A stretch of 64,000 nt of DNA from Ophelia neglecta (GCA_965285935.1 OZ260661.1:21142001-21206000), one strand, 5' to 3'. Positions 10,992 through 24,494 are shown, counted from the first letter of the stretch. Program-made: numbers and translations. Notes: generated by a model from the letters alone, not told the origin.

Positions 10992-13900
10992 TTAAACAAC
11001 CTGGTTTGAACCACCCTTCTGTAAACTTGCCAACCCTGCCCTATTCATATTCGATATTTTCTTGACAATGAGACTACAAGTCCTCCTACACAGTTTTCCC
11101 CCTTTGTCTTTACTTTGACTCAAAGCCTTCAAACACAACTGCTTGGAAGGACATGTTCTGGTCCTAAGACATTCACTGAAATATAGGTGAACCTCCTCCA
11201 TCTCCTTCTTGTCCCAAGGGACTCTCTTGGCTTTAACCTTTATTTTCTGTACTTCAGTAACATTTTTATCCTGGACATCATCATCATCTTCAGTCATGGC
11301 ATTCAAGTATGACAAATTGCCAATGTCATCATCCATGATGGGTGGGGAATCACTGATACTGGAAGGAAGGGATAGTGGGTCCAAACCTGGATCAACTTCT
11401 GTACCTACTTCTTCGCGCAGTCTCTTCAAAACCAGTTCTACAAAGAGATGACAATATAACATATTAACTAACACAACTTGCAATAAACAAGCAGGCTGTG
11501 AATTGCTCAGGGAGGCCACATGTAATAAATATTAGTGATAAAACATTACAGAAAAATGCATTATTACTTATGTAAATAATAATGGGATTTGTTTGAAATA
11601 AATACCCTCTGTATAAACCTAATCCGATTTTTGTAATCTTTTGTTAATAAAAAAATTCAATATTGTATGATTGCAAAAAGAGCACTGCCACGGCTCTTGA
11701 CTTCCTAGCAACAAACTTATGAGGGCTGAGGAAACCACCCTTAGGCACCAACAAGACTGGCAATTGGTCAAAGAGAACAACTGTGACATATATAAAGCAA
11801 ACATGTAAATATCTTTAATAAGACCAAAAAACAAATCTTATCAGTCATTAATTTTTCCATATTCCCCAATGTCATTGATGCATGTTTACAGGGCACAATT
11901 GAAATTATTTAAATCCCCAGTGTCTTGGGCAAAGCTACAAATATTGTAACACCCATGATAAGTCAATTTGATCAAAATATTTGTTGCTTCTAAGCTTCGA
12001 AGATAAACATTCTATTATCAAACCAAAGTTGCGTTCAGTAATCACTTACCATTCACCTTGACCTTGTTTAATTTTTCTCCTTGAAATTCCTTCGTCAGGT
12101 TGAGGTCTTCAACCAGCATAATTTTTGCGATTTCACATCTCTCCACTAAGCCACTCATCTGGCGATAGTGCGCCAAATGCACATCCTTTGAATGACCTAG
12201 GTGATCACACAAACATTGTAACTGCTGATCATTAAGGTCCAGTACCTAGAAAACAAAATATTCCTATTTTTATCAGATAATTATTAAAAAATATACTATG
12301 AAGCTTTCAGTCCCTGGAATTGTATGTAAAAGTATTGTCCCATATGTAGAGTCCATAAAATAGAATGTTTGGAAGTACAAAAAGTCTCATAATAGGTGTC
12401 CAAAAATAAGGTCCCACAAACAAATAAAAAAGTGTGTATCATAAAGAAAGTCCCACAAAATTAGGTCCCATAAAAAAAGTGTTCATTATATAGTTAGTCC
12501 CAATAGTAGAGAGTCCCAGAAATTGAGTCCAAAATTGAGGCAACATAAATAACAAGTGTCCATAATCTACTATTAAAGTCCCATGAGAAATAAGTCCCAG
12601 AAAGTGTGACACAAAATAATAAAGACCCAACATTACAGTGTCCATGATATTGAAGATCCCACAAATATACTAAGTCCCCAAAGTAGACTGCGAAACTAAT
12701 TTTTTTTTATAAATTCCCTTCATTACAGATTAAGGGAACTGTACTCAACTTATTGTGGTACAAGCATTACCAGAAAAACCAACTACAAAATTCCTCCCTG
12801 AAGTCATAAATAGTATTGATACCTCAATAAATAATGTAGGAAACAAACCTGGGAGAGGGTGGCTGTGTATTTTCGAAAGGAAACACTAGTCATTTTCTGT
12901 GGGCATTTGAGGTCTGTGCCGGAGCACACTGCTTTCACGGATTCGTAGCTTCTTGCACTGCAACGACCTACAAAGGAAATGAAAAAAATAAGGGGGGTGA
13001 ACTCTTCCCTCCAGCTCTGCTTCAGGATCTATTTCCCTACTTACTGCGACTGCTTGTGGGCATTTGCTGTTTGCAGACAATTTTAAATTGAATATGGAAT
13101 AGTTCTTGTTTGTATTAATATTGTACCTTTGCTAGGAAATAGCCAATTAGTTTCTGGGTATCCCATCCTCTTGCGCATTGTCGGATTAGATATTTCAAAC
13201 AAAGCATCCTTGGTATCTGCAGGAATCAGCACAGGCACAGGGCGACCTCTCTGAAATGGTTTAACACAACTCTTCACATATGATCATAAAGCGTGCTGAA
13301 ATAGAGGCCCCCTTCACTTTTATATCCTAAGATGTTTATTTTAACACAATTCAAAGTTATATTCTGGTATGCTGTGGTAGAAATTAGTCACTCGGGGCAT
13401 GCATCAGACACAAATATTACTAAGGTTCGCATATACTGTAGCAAGGGAAATTCTCAACGGAAGAAATATTGCAATTATTTATATTTTACACCTTACATAC
13501 AGATTGCCCATGCCTTGCCTGATGTGAAGGGTTCTATTAAAATGGGCAGCTTGAAAAATTAATATGACAAAAACAAACCTTTCCTCTGACAGTCATCATA
13601 TCCTGTCCTTCTATAAGGAATTTTTCCAATTCTGTTAGTTCTGCTACCAAAGATTTGTCGAAGTCAGACAAGCCTGTGGATCTTTCTGAATACTGCTTCA
13701 AACTACAAACAAATAATACTTAATAACCATACTAAAAATATTAATCATAATAATTATGAAGGTATTAAATTAGAAGATCCCACCAAAAATAAAGGCAAAC
13801 AAATAATAAGTGTCCATAATATTGAAAGTCCCACAAGAATAGTCCCACAAAATAAGGTCCCATAAGGAGTGTCCATAATATAGCAAGTCCCACAAGTAGA

Positions 13901-16900
13901 AAGTTACAGAAAATGCTCTTGGCAAATAATGCATTGAAATAGGACAATAATGCTTGACACCTCTGAACTGAGTAATTCTCATTTTTGTTGCTGCCAAGAG
14001 TGTATCGTCTGCAATTTACATTTACTTTTAGTTCACTTGCTTATTAAATATTGTGGCTTTTATCTATGATCAGAGCACCAGGCGATTTGAATTGCATGCA
14101 CCTCACAAAAGTAAGTGGTAGTAAGCATTTCTGCCAGTCTGTCAGTTTGACCTTGAAAAATGGGTCACAGAAAGGCTTTCAAATCGTCAGTTTGGCCTTG
14201 AAACATAGGTCACTATTTGGCTTCCAAATCACGTTTGGTCAATATTTCTACATGATGGTACAATTATCATAATTGTAATATGAAAATGTAATTATTATCA
14301 ACTGAGAGGAAATACTTGACTTACGTTATCTGATCTATTTCTCCTGCCCTTCTCTTGTTGTACAGAAGTAACCGTGTCTGAACTAGTTGGATCGCCATAC
14401 GGAATTCAGTGTCGTTGATGTTCTCCCATTCCATTTTTTTCAACTCTTTCATTACATGGAGAGTCAACTTCTCTACATCTTCAGGCGAAGGAACAGGTGA
14501 TTCTTTGTTGAATGTTCTGGTTGTCAGTATGTACCGGGCATGCCGAGTCACTCGTTCCCCCCACTCTATTTTCATCAGACGAGTGAATACATCACATTGT
14601 GTGGCCTGATTTTCATCCACCCCTGACTTGCACTTTTGGATCAAAGCCCATTTCAGGTTAAGTAGTGCCAGGATATCATACTTCAACCGTAGCACATTAG
14701 ATGGTGATTTCAAGTCTTCAATGTCATCCATGTAAGGGTATGCACACATAATAGTACCATCAACTACTTTATCAAAGAAATGAGGTACGAGGAAGTCCCA
14801 CATGGTTTTTGATGCATTTGAAGTAGACACATTAGCAGCGCCTTGGACATCTGTGTCCTCACCATCTAACTGTCGAATATTGCTCAGCAGTCGGGCCATC
14901 AATCGCATATGTTGCGAGGCATAATGCTTTGCCTTAACATTGCCGATGCTTCGCCTATACCATGACTCCCCTAAGGCCACTATAAGCACATCCTCCTTTG
15001 CTGTTTTGGACACTGCATCCCTGGTCATTATTGTGAAAACATTTTCAAGTAGTCCTTCTGATGGTTTAACTTTCAGTCTGCCACTTATTATGTCTGATTT
15101 GACCAGAAGCCCCCGCTTTGTTTGTGATTTTGGCTTTGTGCTTGTCGGCTTTGTGTGTGTGGGCGTTTTTCTTGTGGGCTTTGTCCCAGATATGCTCTGG
15201 ATGGAACCTAATGTGTTGTTAACATCGGCTGCAATATTGTCAAGGTCAGGTTTTTCGGTGCACTTTTTCTCGTGCCTCTGTATGGTGAATTCAAGCATCC
15301 ACTCAAAGCAGTGTGGACAGGGACACACATCTTTCTGGTTGAAAAACTTCTTTGGTCTTCGGCCAACAAGAAGTTCACCCTTCCCTCGACTAATAACTTG
15401 TACATTGTGGTCATGATCTCCTTTTCTTCTTAAGGCATTGAAATCTCCCAAAACAACTCCGGGTTCTGCCTTATGCACCCTTTTGAGATGTGGCTGAATG
15501 TGCAAAAATAACTTGCCGCAGTAACAGCATGCATGCTTGCTGTTGTAAACTCTATCACCTTTCTTCTTTGGTTGCTTACTGTGTCCAGTAGACTTTAATA
15601 TTTTCCTAATGAATACTTCTGGATTGTCAGCGGCTCTCAAAATGGTACTTTCATCAACCCAAACATCATCAGACATCTGAGAAGGAGAGTCATGGGTTTG
15701 TGTGGGAGATGTTGTATGTGGTGAGTTAGTTGACTGTTGTTTTGCTGCTGATCCTGGTGAGCCATCAAGAGTACTTTCATCAAGTCCAACATCATCAGAC
15801 ATCTGAGAAGGAGAGTCATGGGTTTGTGTGGGAGATGGTGTATGTGGTGAGTTAGTTGACTGTTGTTTTGCTGCTGATCCTGGTGAGCCAGTGAGGGGAG
15901 AAGATAGTGGTAACACAACTGGTGATGTGAACTCTACAGACTTTGAACGAGGAGTTAATGTTGATAATGGTGTGCTTTTTGAAGTCAATCTTCTTGTGGG
16001 GGAAACTTCTGGTGATGAGGATCCTAAAGATGAAGATCTTCCTGAACCAGACAAGGAGCTTCCTAAACAGGTAGCTAGAAAGCAAAATTCATGAAGAGTG
16101 ACATTTGATTTTCATTTGCACAAGGCGATTTCATTTTCCAGTCTACTTCTTTTATTCAAACAGAATAACCTCTTTGATGATGTACCATGGTCTTATGACA
16201 TAGCTTTCTATACTGTAAATACAATATTTCTTGGTGAATATGTAGAATAAAATCTGATTAATTATTTACTCTCAACAGATGCAAAAAATTAAAATGAGTT
16301 CTGCTAATGCAGAACAGGCAATGATTCGAGTAGTCTTCAAAAATCTTTGATAGGAAAAAAATGCATTTACACAGTTACTGGGATTGAATTTCCAATCAAA
16401 ATTCACTTCCTGCCACAGATTTCCAAATAAAATTCATGTATATTACATGCTGATACGAGAACCATTTCAGAGTTGGCAAAACCCCGGAGAAAATTACCAA
16501 ATCCACTAGTCAAACACGAGACAACACAATTGAATATTGTGTTTGAATAAACTGCCCCGTCCATCGTGGTGCAAAGCTACATTGGTGGATCCGAATCCGA
16601 TCTGAATCTATCTATTTCACTACTCGTAAATATCGGAAAATACCTATTCAAGTCACATCATGGCTGGTATATTGCAAGCAATGCATGGAGGATTCGAATA
16701 ACAGTGAAAGAATAGAGTATTAAGTACGTCAACCTGGTCCATTGATTTGTATATTTACTGAGGAAATAGATTTTTGCTTCAATACTGACTTCGAAACTAC
16801 AGTCTGTATTTTGCCACTCCTTGGCTCCGCCCAGTGTCCCACGTAGATGGCTAGCTCTAAAATTTGAATCATAAAAATCTGCCTGACGAGTAAAATTTCT

Positions 16901-19900
16901 TATCTAACCAGGTACAAAATACAAGTTTACTTACACGTATTATGTCTTTTAGGTGGCTTGTATTCATCTTCACTGTCCTCTTGTGATGAAATCTCTGATG
17001 AGCTCTCCTGCGTAGGCCTCCCCCTTTAAAATAAAATTTGAAAATTGATAGAACAGCTAGAATGAGAAATTTTGAGAGATTTATTGATAGGAAAAATTAC
17101 TTATTGAGGAGTTTAAAGTACTTAAAAGGCATGATGCAACAGTCACATTAACCATCTATTTTGGGGTCTGATAAAATATCTTTGAATTATTCAGGACAAA
17201 TAATGCACTCAATTCATATTTAATGGAGACTATAAACAAACCTCAGTCTTGAACTGCTCAGTGAAGGTAGTAACGGAATCACTGGTGAAACTGGTTGTGA
17301 AGACGGTACATAATCGCTCTCATCAGAGGAAACTGCAAACAAAAAATGAATTTCTTAAATAAATTTCTTGTCCCCTCAACACTGTAGGTTTAATAGCAAC
17401 ATCAATTCTGTTCCAAAACAACCAGTGGCACATTTCTCAGAGTGGGACTTACAATTAAATATTCATTCTGTGACTAGTCTTTCCAATGAACACATTGAAC
17501 TGTATTTCAAATAGCTACCATTTTAGAGGGCCAAAACCATGGCGACTAATAACCTTAATGTTTAAGGACAAGCTTTTTAGATAAATATTGCTAGGAGTCC
17601 GTGCAAATCCTTGTATATAAAATTAGCCTAACATCTACCAAGTAGCACTGTTAAATTGCACAAGGATTCTATAACTGTAACAACGACTTTTTTCTCTGAA
17701 ACACACCAATTTGTTCTGTAGTAGACAGTGGATCCACATCATGGTCCATGGTCTGGTTGTTGGGACTGGCCCCACTGCATCCTACACAAAAGAGATTATT
17801 CATCAATGCATTATCAATGTTTTGAATTAATAAAGTACCAAGTAGCACTGTTACATTGCACAAGGATTCTATAACTGTAACAATTGATTTTTTTCTCTGA
17901 AACACACCAATTTGTTCTGTAGTAGACAGTGGATCCACATCATGGTCCATGGTCTGGTTGTTGGGACTGGCCCCACTGCATCCTACACAAAAGAGATTAT
18001 TCATCAATGCATTATCAATGTTTTGAATTGATAAAGTAGTTTCACAAGACATATCTAACTAGGCTACTATTATGAGAAGTACAGGCCTATCTTATATAAG
18101 AGCCAGGCCAGTGTCATAAAGGAAAATTTCATAAGGGCTAGGTAGGCCTGGTCTTCAAGTTATAAAATATGTTCCTTAATTTGAGTATGTTAAATTCAAA
18201 TGAAACTGCCTTCTTATAATCACCTGATTCACCTTTTTCTGCCAATGCTTCACAATGTCCGAAATCAGCAAGAAACTTCTCCATGTGAGTAGATTTCATT
18301 TTCCTCAAATGTGCTGGAACAGAGATATAATTGGAAATGAAGATAATTATATCATCTGGAAATCAACAAGGTTTAATGTTGTACAATGTCTATATGCAGT
18401 GCTGTCACCTCCTTGCTAGCAGGCTGTACTAAGATTGTTACATCATCTCCGACTGACCCTACTCTCCTCTGATTTATTAAAAGGTAATGCAAAGGAACAC
18501 GTTTCGTATGACCTCTCTTGGGGATATTTAATGTCTTTAGCCATGTATATATATAGCTTTAACAACTAACAGTAAAATCAGTAGGGTACAAAAGTAGTGA
18601 GTCACTTATCATGTGAAATTGTTAGCAAAGTGTCAGTATTTGTGTATGTGGAGAATAAAAGTTAACTTATTTCTCATCCTTCGGGGTCAACCCCTGGAGT
18701 ACTTTAGGCCAGTCTTAAAATTATTCTTGTTGCGGGTAAGGGGCCCCAAAAAATCCATAAGGTAGGTAGTAGATAATTTTTTAATGAGTGGGTTGGCAAC
18801 ACTATAAATTTACAGCAAGTATTCACGTAGGAAGAAGTGAGAATTGCGGCTTTGCTTACAGGAAGCGGAAATAAGATCAAGAGTTAGTCTAACTGCATTT
18901 CCGTTTTCCCAACCTGTGGGCCGAACAAGCCTAGCCATTTGTTGACTGGTAGACTCGGTATTGTCAAAATCACATCCTTTATAGGACAATTTGAGCCCAA
19001 AAAAAGGTTTTTCGGAACCAGTAAAAATTATGTTTGTGCGGGGGGTTTAGGCACCATACAGCCGGGTTACCGGCAACGAGAACATTTTAAGACAGGCTGT
19101 ATACAATACAGGCATTACAACCATCTTAGCCGAACTGGTTTTGACTCGGCGTAGCACATAGCTATTGCATCGTCCGGTTGTGACGGAACAATGTAAACTT
19201 ATTGTATAATAAACTGGAAAACAAAAGGTCAAGTTAGCTGTAATAATCAATTGTGTTAGTCTGACAATCTAGATTACCGATTCCTTCATCTCTCTGGGCA
19301 AGATTGCTTCTTGCAACAAAGCTTCTCACCCTTGTGCTAGTCCTTACTTCTTCCCTGTATGTACATTTAATATCAGATGATACATGGAGGCCTAAGTGTT
19401 TTTCCATTTACAAGTAGGGAGCGGGAAGGGATAACCTATTCAAAACTCAAGAGGAGGGAGGTCAAAACAACCACACAGAATCAATGGTCAAATAATACAG
19501 AATTTAAGGGATGACATGGCCGTCCTAGGTTAAAGACTTAAATTCTTAATTTGAGTGCTCATTTCCCTTTCTGATTTAAAAGTCGGGGTTAGTTTCTGAA
19601 TTGTCATAAGGGCCTTCAGGCATGAGCATTCAGTATAGCCAAAATAATTATCTGCGTGGCACGTGATTCAATATTCTCTAATGTGGAGACTAGACTGAGT
19701 CGCCATGGCAAATTGTGATATCAGGCTTCATTCATGTGGCCGAAGCCAAGCAAATCTAAACTGTCAATTGATCTCTGCCAATTACTGATGCGTCTGAATG
19801 CTTACATCCAGCGGCCCCTAATTTTGTCAGCATGTAACTGGAAAAAAAGCATTTCTTTTTTAGGACTTCACATGTTTCCAGTATTGAATTACAATTGGTG

Positions 19901-20839
19901 ACGGGAAGGGCAAAAAAGTTTTTATTGCCAAAAACCCAACCCATGTTGTCCTGCTGCCAGCAATTTACCATAAACTTCAAACTAGTTTCAACACTGAGCT
20001 TGTTTACGGTTAAATCACTCCACATAAAACACAGAATATATATTTTGTTATGAGTGGTGTACTGAATAAGGTACAAATTATACTTACACACAATTTTCAT
20101 TGAAGAACCCAACAAACATACTGTTATCATTGACTCCGATAACTTTAGCAGGCCACCACACATTGTTGCCTGTCAGCTTCAACCAAATGGGCTCATCAAG
20201 ATTGTACTGGTCTGAAAATTGAAGATACTTTTTGGTTAGGTGCTTCATAAAAGGCAGAAATAAACTGCACATTCACAACTCAACTGAAGTACTTCCAAAT
20301 ATAGTACATATTGATGACAATCTCACCATCATTGCAGCTAAATACATGTAAATGTGTCTTATTTTATTGTTTTGGCTGATTAAATAATAAATGTCTACCA
20401 GGAATATCTGTGATCGGTTTTACTTACTTTGAATTTGCACTTAACTTAAACACTGTTACTCAATGTAAGTAGACTATTAACCCTGCGATTCATGAAAAAA
20501 AGGTTTTGGTGTTCCAGAATATGATATACACTTATCAGAATTTCACAAGAATCAAATCAGTTCTTTCTCTCAGTGAGGTCTATGGCTGTGTCAATTTTAA
20601 GAAAGATGTATGAAATGGTTTTTGAGGTATCGTGTTAACGACTAAAATCTTCAGCGGGTATGGCGGTGGCGGCTCAATAGATTCCATAATATACGCATTT
20701 CACAGATATTCACGCATAGAAGTATGGTGTATCAACGGAGAAAAAGTGATTCAAATTCATGAAACTTACATGGGTCTAGATGCTTGCTTTTAGGTGCAAG
20801 GCCTTGGCCTGCACCCCTTCTTCGCCTTTTTCTTGGCAT
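10992..20839 (-). CDS. 14-exon tyrosine recombinase (~1149 aa) with N-terminal PWWP/Tudor-like domain, Zn fingers and C-terminal Myb-like helix bundle
   Basis: Hand-spliced exons: 20770-20839, 20088-20211, 19278-19354, 18224-18313, 17908-17982, 17707-17781, 17242-17332, 16935-17023, 14325-16074, 13579-13702, 13127-13250, 12849-12967, 12050-12245, 10992-11437. All are GT-AG and phase-compatible, totalling 3450 nt. YR motifs are LLYNKRRAGE, VRGK-RGRPVPVL, TSVSFRKYTAT and CDHLGHSKDVHLAHYR. The PWWP-like segment is PIWLKLTGNNVWWPAKVIG...MFVGFF. Confidence 0.8.
12330..12690. repeat. Intronic degenerate AAGTCCCA/GTGTCCAT repeat cluster (related cluster at 13770-13900)
   Basis: Repeated AAGTCCC(A) and AGTGTCCATA motifs, inverted relative to the 21060-21550 cluster. 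Confidence 0.7.
17630..18040. repeat. 201-bp tandem duplication containing a 75-nt symmetric exon
   Basis: Two near-identical copies, each holding a phase 1-1 exon GCSGASPNNQTMDHDVDPLSTTEQI. Confidence 0.9.
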
Positions 20840-21059
20840 ATTTCCCTAATGTCTGGAAAATATCATATAAGGATCAGTGAACATGCATCAGAAGAGAATG
20901 AGTTCACTTCAAAGCCTGTGTAGGGCTTGCAATAATGTACAAAATGTTGGCAGGCATTAGTTGGCTATTTTATACCCTGACAATGTGTGTTGGGGGGGGG
21001 GGGGGGGGAGGGAGGGGGGCAACAGGCGATGAAGTTAATATTGCTGTGTTTAAGTTAAT

Positions 21060-21550
21060 ATTTTACAGGACTATGTTCTAGCGAGGTTTTCAATATTATG
21101 GACACTTATTATTTGTTGGGCCTTTGTTTTGGACAAATTTTCTGGGACTTTCTACTAGTGGATTTTTTTTATATTGTTGACAATCTGTCCAGTATTTTTG
21201 TGAGACTTTGTTCTTATGGGACTTTCAACATTATGGACACTTATTTTTTGTGGGTCCTTTGTTTTGGTCACATTTTCTGGGACTTTTTAATTGTGGATTT
21301 TTTTGTTGACAATGTGTCCAGTATTTTTTTTTTTTTTGACTATGTGTCCAGTATTTTTGTGGCACTTTGTTCTTGTGGGACTTTCAATATTATGGACACT
21401 TATTTGTGGGTCCTTTGTTTTGGTCACATTTTCTGGGACTTTCTTATTGTGGATTTTTTTTAATATTGTTAACACTGTGTCCAGTATTGATGTGAGACTT
21501 TGTTCTTGTGGCACTTTTGATATTATGGACACTTATCATTTGTGGGGCCT
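21060..21550. repeat. Degenerate ~110-120-bp tandem repeat with GGGACTTT/ATGGACAC motifs (a further copy at ~22390-22475)
   Basis: Recurrent ATTATGGACACTTAT and TTTCTGGGACTTT, from the same motif family as the Crypton termini. Confidence 0.8.
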
Positions 21551-21554
21551 TGAA

Positions 21555-21770
21555 ATGGAACTAGGCCCATCCGGACAACAAGGTATATCTAGGAATGTGG
21601 CCTATTCTTGATCGGGTAAGGGAGCCCCCTGGAAATATGAGGCAAATGTTCGATGAATCACTCCTCCGCAACTTAGCCCAGACCGAAAACAGCCCCCTCA
21701 GGTTGGATCAACTGGGACCTTGGAGGTCGGAGGCCCAGCACGCTACCACTGGACCACGGGACTCCCTGGT
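21555..21770 (-). mobile_element. Possible tRNA-derived SINE fragment
   Basis: GC-rich island. The minus strand starts GTCCCGTGGTCCAGTGGTAGCGTG (A-box-like) with a degenerate B-box GTTGATCC. Confidence 0.35.
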
Positions 21771-22853
21771 TTACTTTTTTTTTTCAGGTTAATAATAAAG
21801 TAAACTAGTTTCACTTATTCGACCACATATGAACCCAATGATAATGCAAAATAACCTCAACTATTCTTTACTGGGTTAATAATAAAGTCAACTATATAGT
21901 TAACTCATCACACTCCATATGAAATCAATAATAAGGCAAATGTTATTTTTTTCAACTAATAATAATAATCAGAATTTTACCAGAATCAAACTAGTTCTTC
22001 CTCTCAATAAGGTCTATGGCTGTGTCAAATTTATGAAAGATGTATGAGATGGTTTTTGAGTTATCATGTTAATGAGCACAGGACAAGTGGCCCCTGCAAG
22101 TTACATGCCTGTATTTTGTGTGAATAAAGATACCATGTCCTATAGTCTCTGGGGATGGCCCAGTAAATAAGAATTTTTTGTAAGGTTTGAAACAGGTACT
22201 GCATTATTGCAAATAAGTCTTAATCTTTTGTGGTGGTTGTCATTGGTGAACACCTTTTTCGGAACAGTAGAACCCTTGAATTTCACCTGACCGACAGGCA
22301 GATGTAAGTTATCACTTGCCCATGTGTACTTTTTACTCCTACAAAGTAAATAGAACATACTTACTGCCAGACCCTGTTCAGTGTGCCAGTTATTTTGTGG
22401 GACTTGGTTGTGGTTGAACTTTCTATATTATGGACACATTTATTTGTGGGGCCTTTGCTTTGGACACATTTTCTGATGCATAGTCCTGCATTCGATGTGG
22501 GCGATAAACAGAGAAGGAAGAAGCAAATTCGGACCTTGTACCATAGCTGCACTCGTTTTAACACAGTCACGGAGGGGCGAAATACGCCGCTTAAAATTGT
22601 CGGCGGACTTTAAACAGATCGAGTGAATCAGCCATGCGCCCGCCCGCTGGCGTGTGAAACGAGCGGGCCTATGTTTTTTGTATATTAAATAAACCAGTTT
22701 ACTACATATTTTATTTGTTCTTCAAAGTTTAATTGTTCGATCAATTAATGAGACCGCAGTACATATCAGTCAGTTAATCTGATTAACAGTAGATTTTTGT
22801 TCATGTGCTCCGATCCTACCGGGGACCCACCATGCACCAGCCTGTACATGGAC

Positions 22854-23374
22854 CAATGCCAGTCAACTCGGCCCTCTTCAAGCTCGGCCCCCTTCAAGCT
22901 CGGCCCCCTGCATACTCGGCCCCCTGCATACCTGCCTACTACTACAAAGTCGGCGCTTACAAATGTTTGTGCTATCAATGTTCGTAATATACATGCCTCT
23001 TGCTGCCTACCAATATAATAACTCTATTTATATCAACTCGCAGAAATATTGCTTCATTTTCCCCGATGGGCAATAAAAAGGTGCCGTTGACACATGGCGG
23101 CCTTCCTTTTGTCAGCAAACCATCATGCATGCATTTGTCAGTTTACCATGATTTTGAAATGTTATTTCCAGATTTTGATGTTAACGGCACCTATTATCGC
23201 CCATCGGGGAAAACGAAGCATTGATTCTGTGAATTGATATAAATAGAGTAATTATATAGGTATGGCAAGAGAGAGGCATGCATATTAAGAACATTCAACC
23301 AATAAACATGTGTAGGGGCCGACTTTGTAGTAGTAGGGGGCCGAGCTTGAAGGGGGCCGAGTTGACCTGTTACC
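22854..23374. mobile_element. MITE with ~200-bp imperfect inverted arms and an 8-bp TSD (Mutator-like, tentative)
   Basis: TSD ACATGGAC at 22846-22853 and 23375-23382. Arms read GTCAACTCGGCCC... / ...GGGCCGAGTTGAC. Confidence 0.8.
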
Positions 23375-24055
23375 ACATGGACGAACTGAAAATGGTGCTT
23401 GCAACCGGAAGTATACTTGTGGGACTTGGGAAAATCGTTTTTTCTTGGCTCTTTTTCTTGTAAAACATTTTAATAGCTAATCATGGAAAAGTTTGTTGTT
23501 GAATTAACTTTTCAAGATATCATTTGTTTTTGCTTTGGATTCTCTTGATTTGTGCACATTTTAGGGCGAAAACTTTATCCGGAAATCAGCGAACGTCGCG
23601 AACTTAGCATGTACCTACTGGATTGAACTATCTATAGATCTACCTCGAAACTTCTGCAAAATGTAATGAAAAGATATGTGTTAGGGCTGGAACAACCAAA
23701 CCAGTGGTTCCAGGTTAGGGTGCTCAATAAACAAATCGAACCCACTTGGATTTTACGACATAAGCCTAATTGTGACATTTGTTTATGTATATCGCTCAAA
23801 CTCGAACTGTCAAACTCGTTCACGGCAGACGGGAGGGATTTTTGTGGGACTTTTTGCACGTGTACGTGTATTATTAAAGAATCGAAATATTCCTATATGA
23901 AACCTAACATAACATCTACAGATTAATCATTTAGTCTAATTAATGGATGAACAGCAAGCAGGCACCAGATCTGCGAATATCGCCCGTCCTAGTCAGCCTA
24001 CATATTATGTTTAACGTGACTGTCAAATGTCGCAGACCTGGAGCACCTGGCCAAT

Positions 24056-24494
24056 TGTAGTAATGTAGGTAACGTCGTGGGTATAAGGTATTTCGAACGA
24101 CTTTATTCGGCTATATACAGGTGGAGATACATGTAGTATGATACAATATAATCTGCAAACAAATAAAATAAAACTTAATGTAAAATAAAAGTACAAATAA
24201 GGGGAATGAAGCAAACGTTTCTTAACGACAAGCATGCCGAAAATTATAAGACTCCGTGCTACATACATGCAGAAAATATAATACTTCATGCTCCATAATT
24301 TATATAAGTAAACAAATGAATAATCTTACCCAGTGAGGGACGGGATTAAATGTAACTTGACATAGTCGAGCCAGGCCAGGTACACACACGAGGAAGGAGG
24401 AATTGCAATCCAACGGGGATCTAATTCACTACATACATGTACGTGTGTCCTGTTCAGCTACCAGGTAAGTTATACCTTTACATTCGAAGCAGCC
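24056..24494 (-). mobile_element. Inverted partial Gypsy LTR (3' part) retaining a 177-bp GT-AG intron (24153-24329)
   Basis: 24056-24152 is the reverse complement of 29143-29239, and 24330-24494 is the reverse complement of 28978-29142; both look identical by eye. The insert reads GTAAG...TTTGTTTGCAG on the minus strand. Confidence 0.9.

Noticed and set aside
14940-15416. Antisense ORFs over the large YR exon (also over the Gypsy, Ngaro and piggyBac ORFs)
   Set aside because: These are shadow ORFs of real coding sequence with no independent evidence.
10992-20839. Interpretation as a bacterial or phage integrase or as contamination
   Set aside because: Thirteen spliceosomal introns, eukaryotic domains and clean junctions with flanking animal repeats argue against it.
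24036-24055. Possible primer-binding site (GGTGCTCCAGGT, tRNA-Ile-like) next to the inverted LTR
   Set aside because: The match is offset from the LTR end, and no leader or gag follows. The flank reads more naturally as host sequence continuous with 29240 onward. It is not fully excluded.
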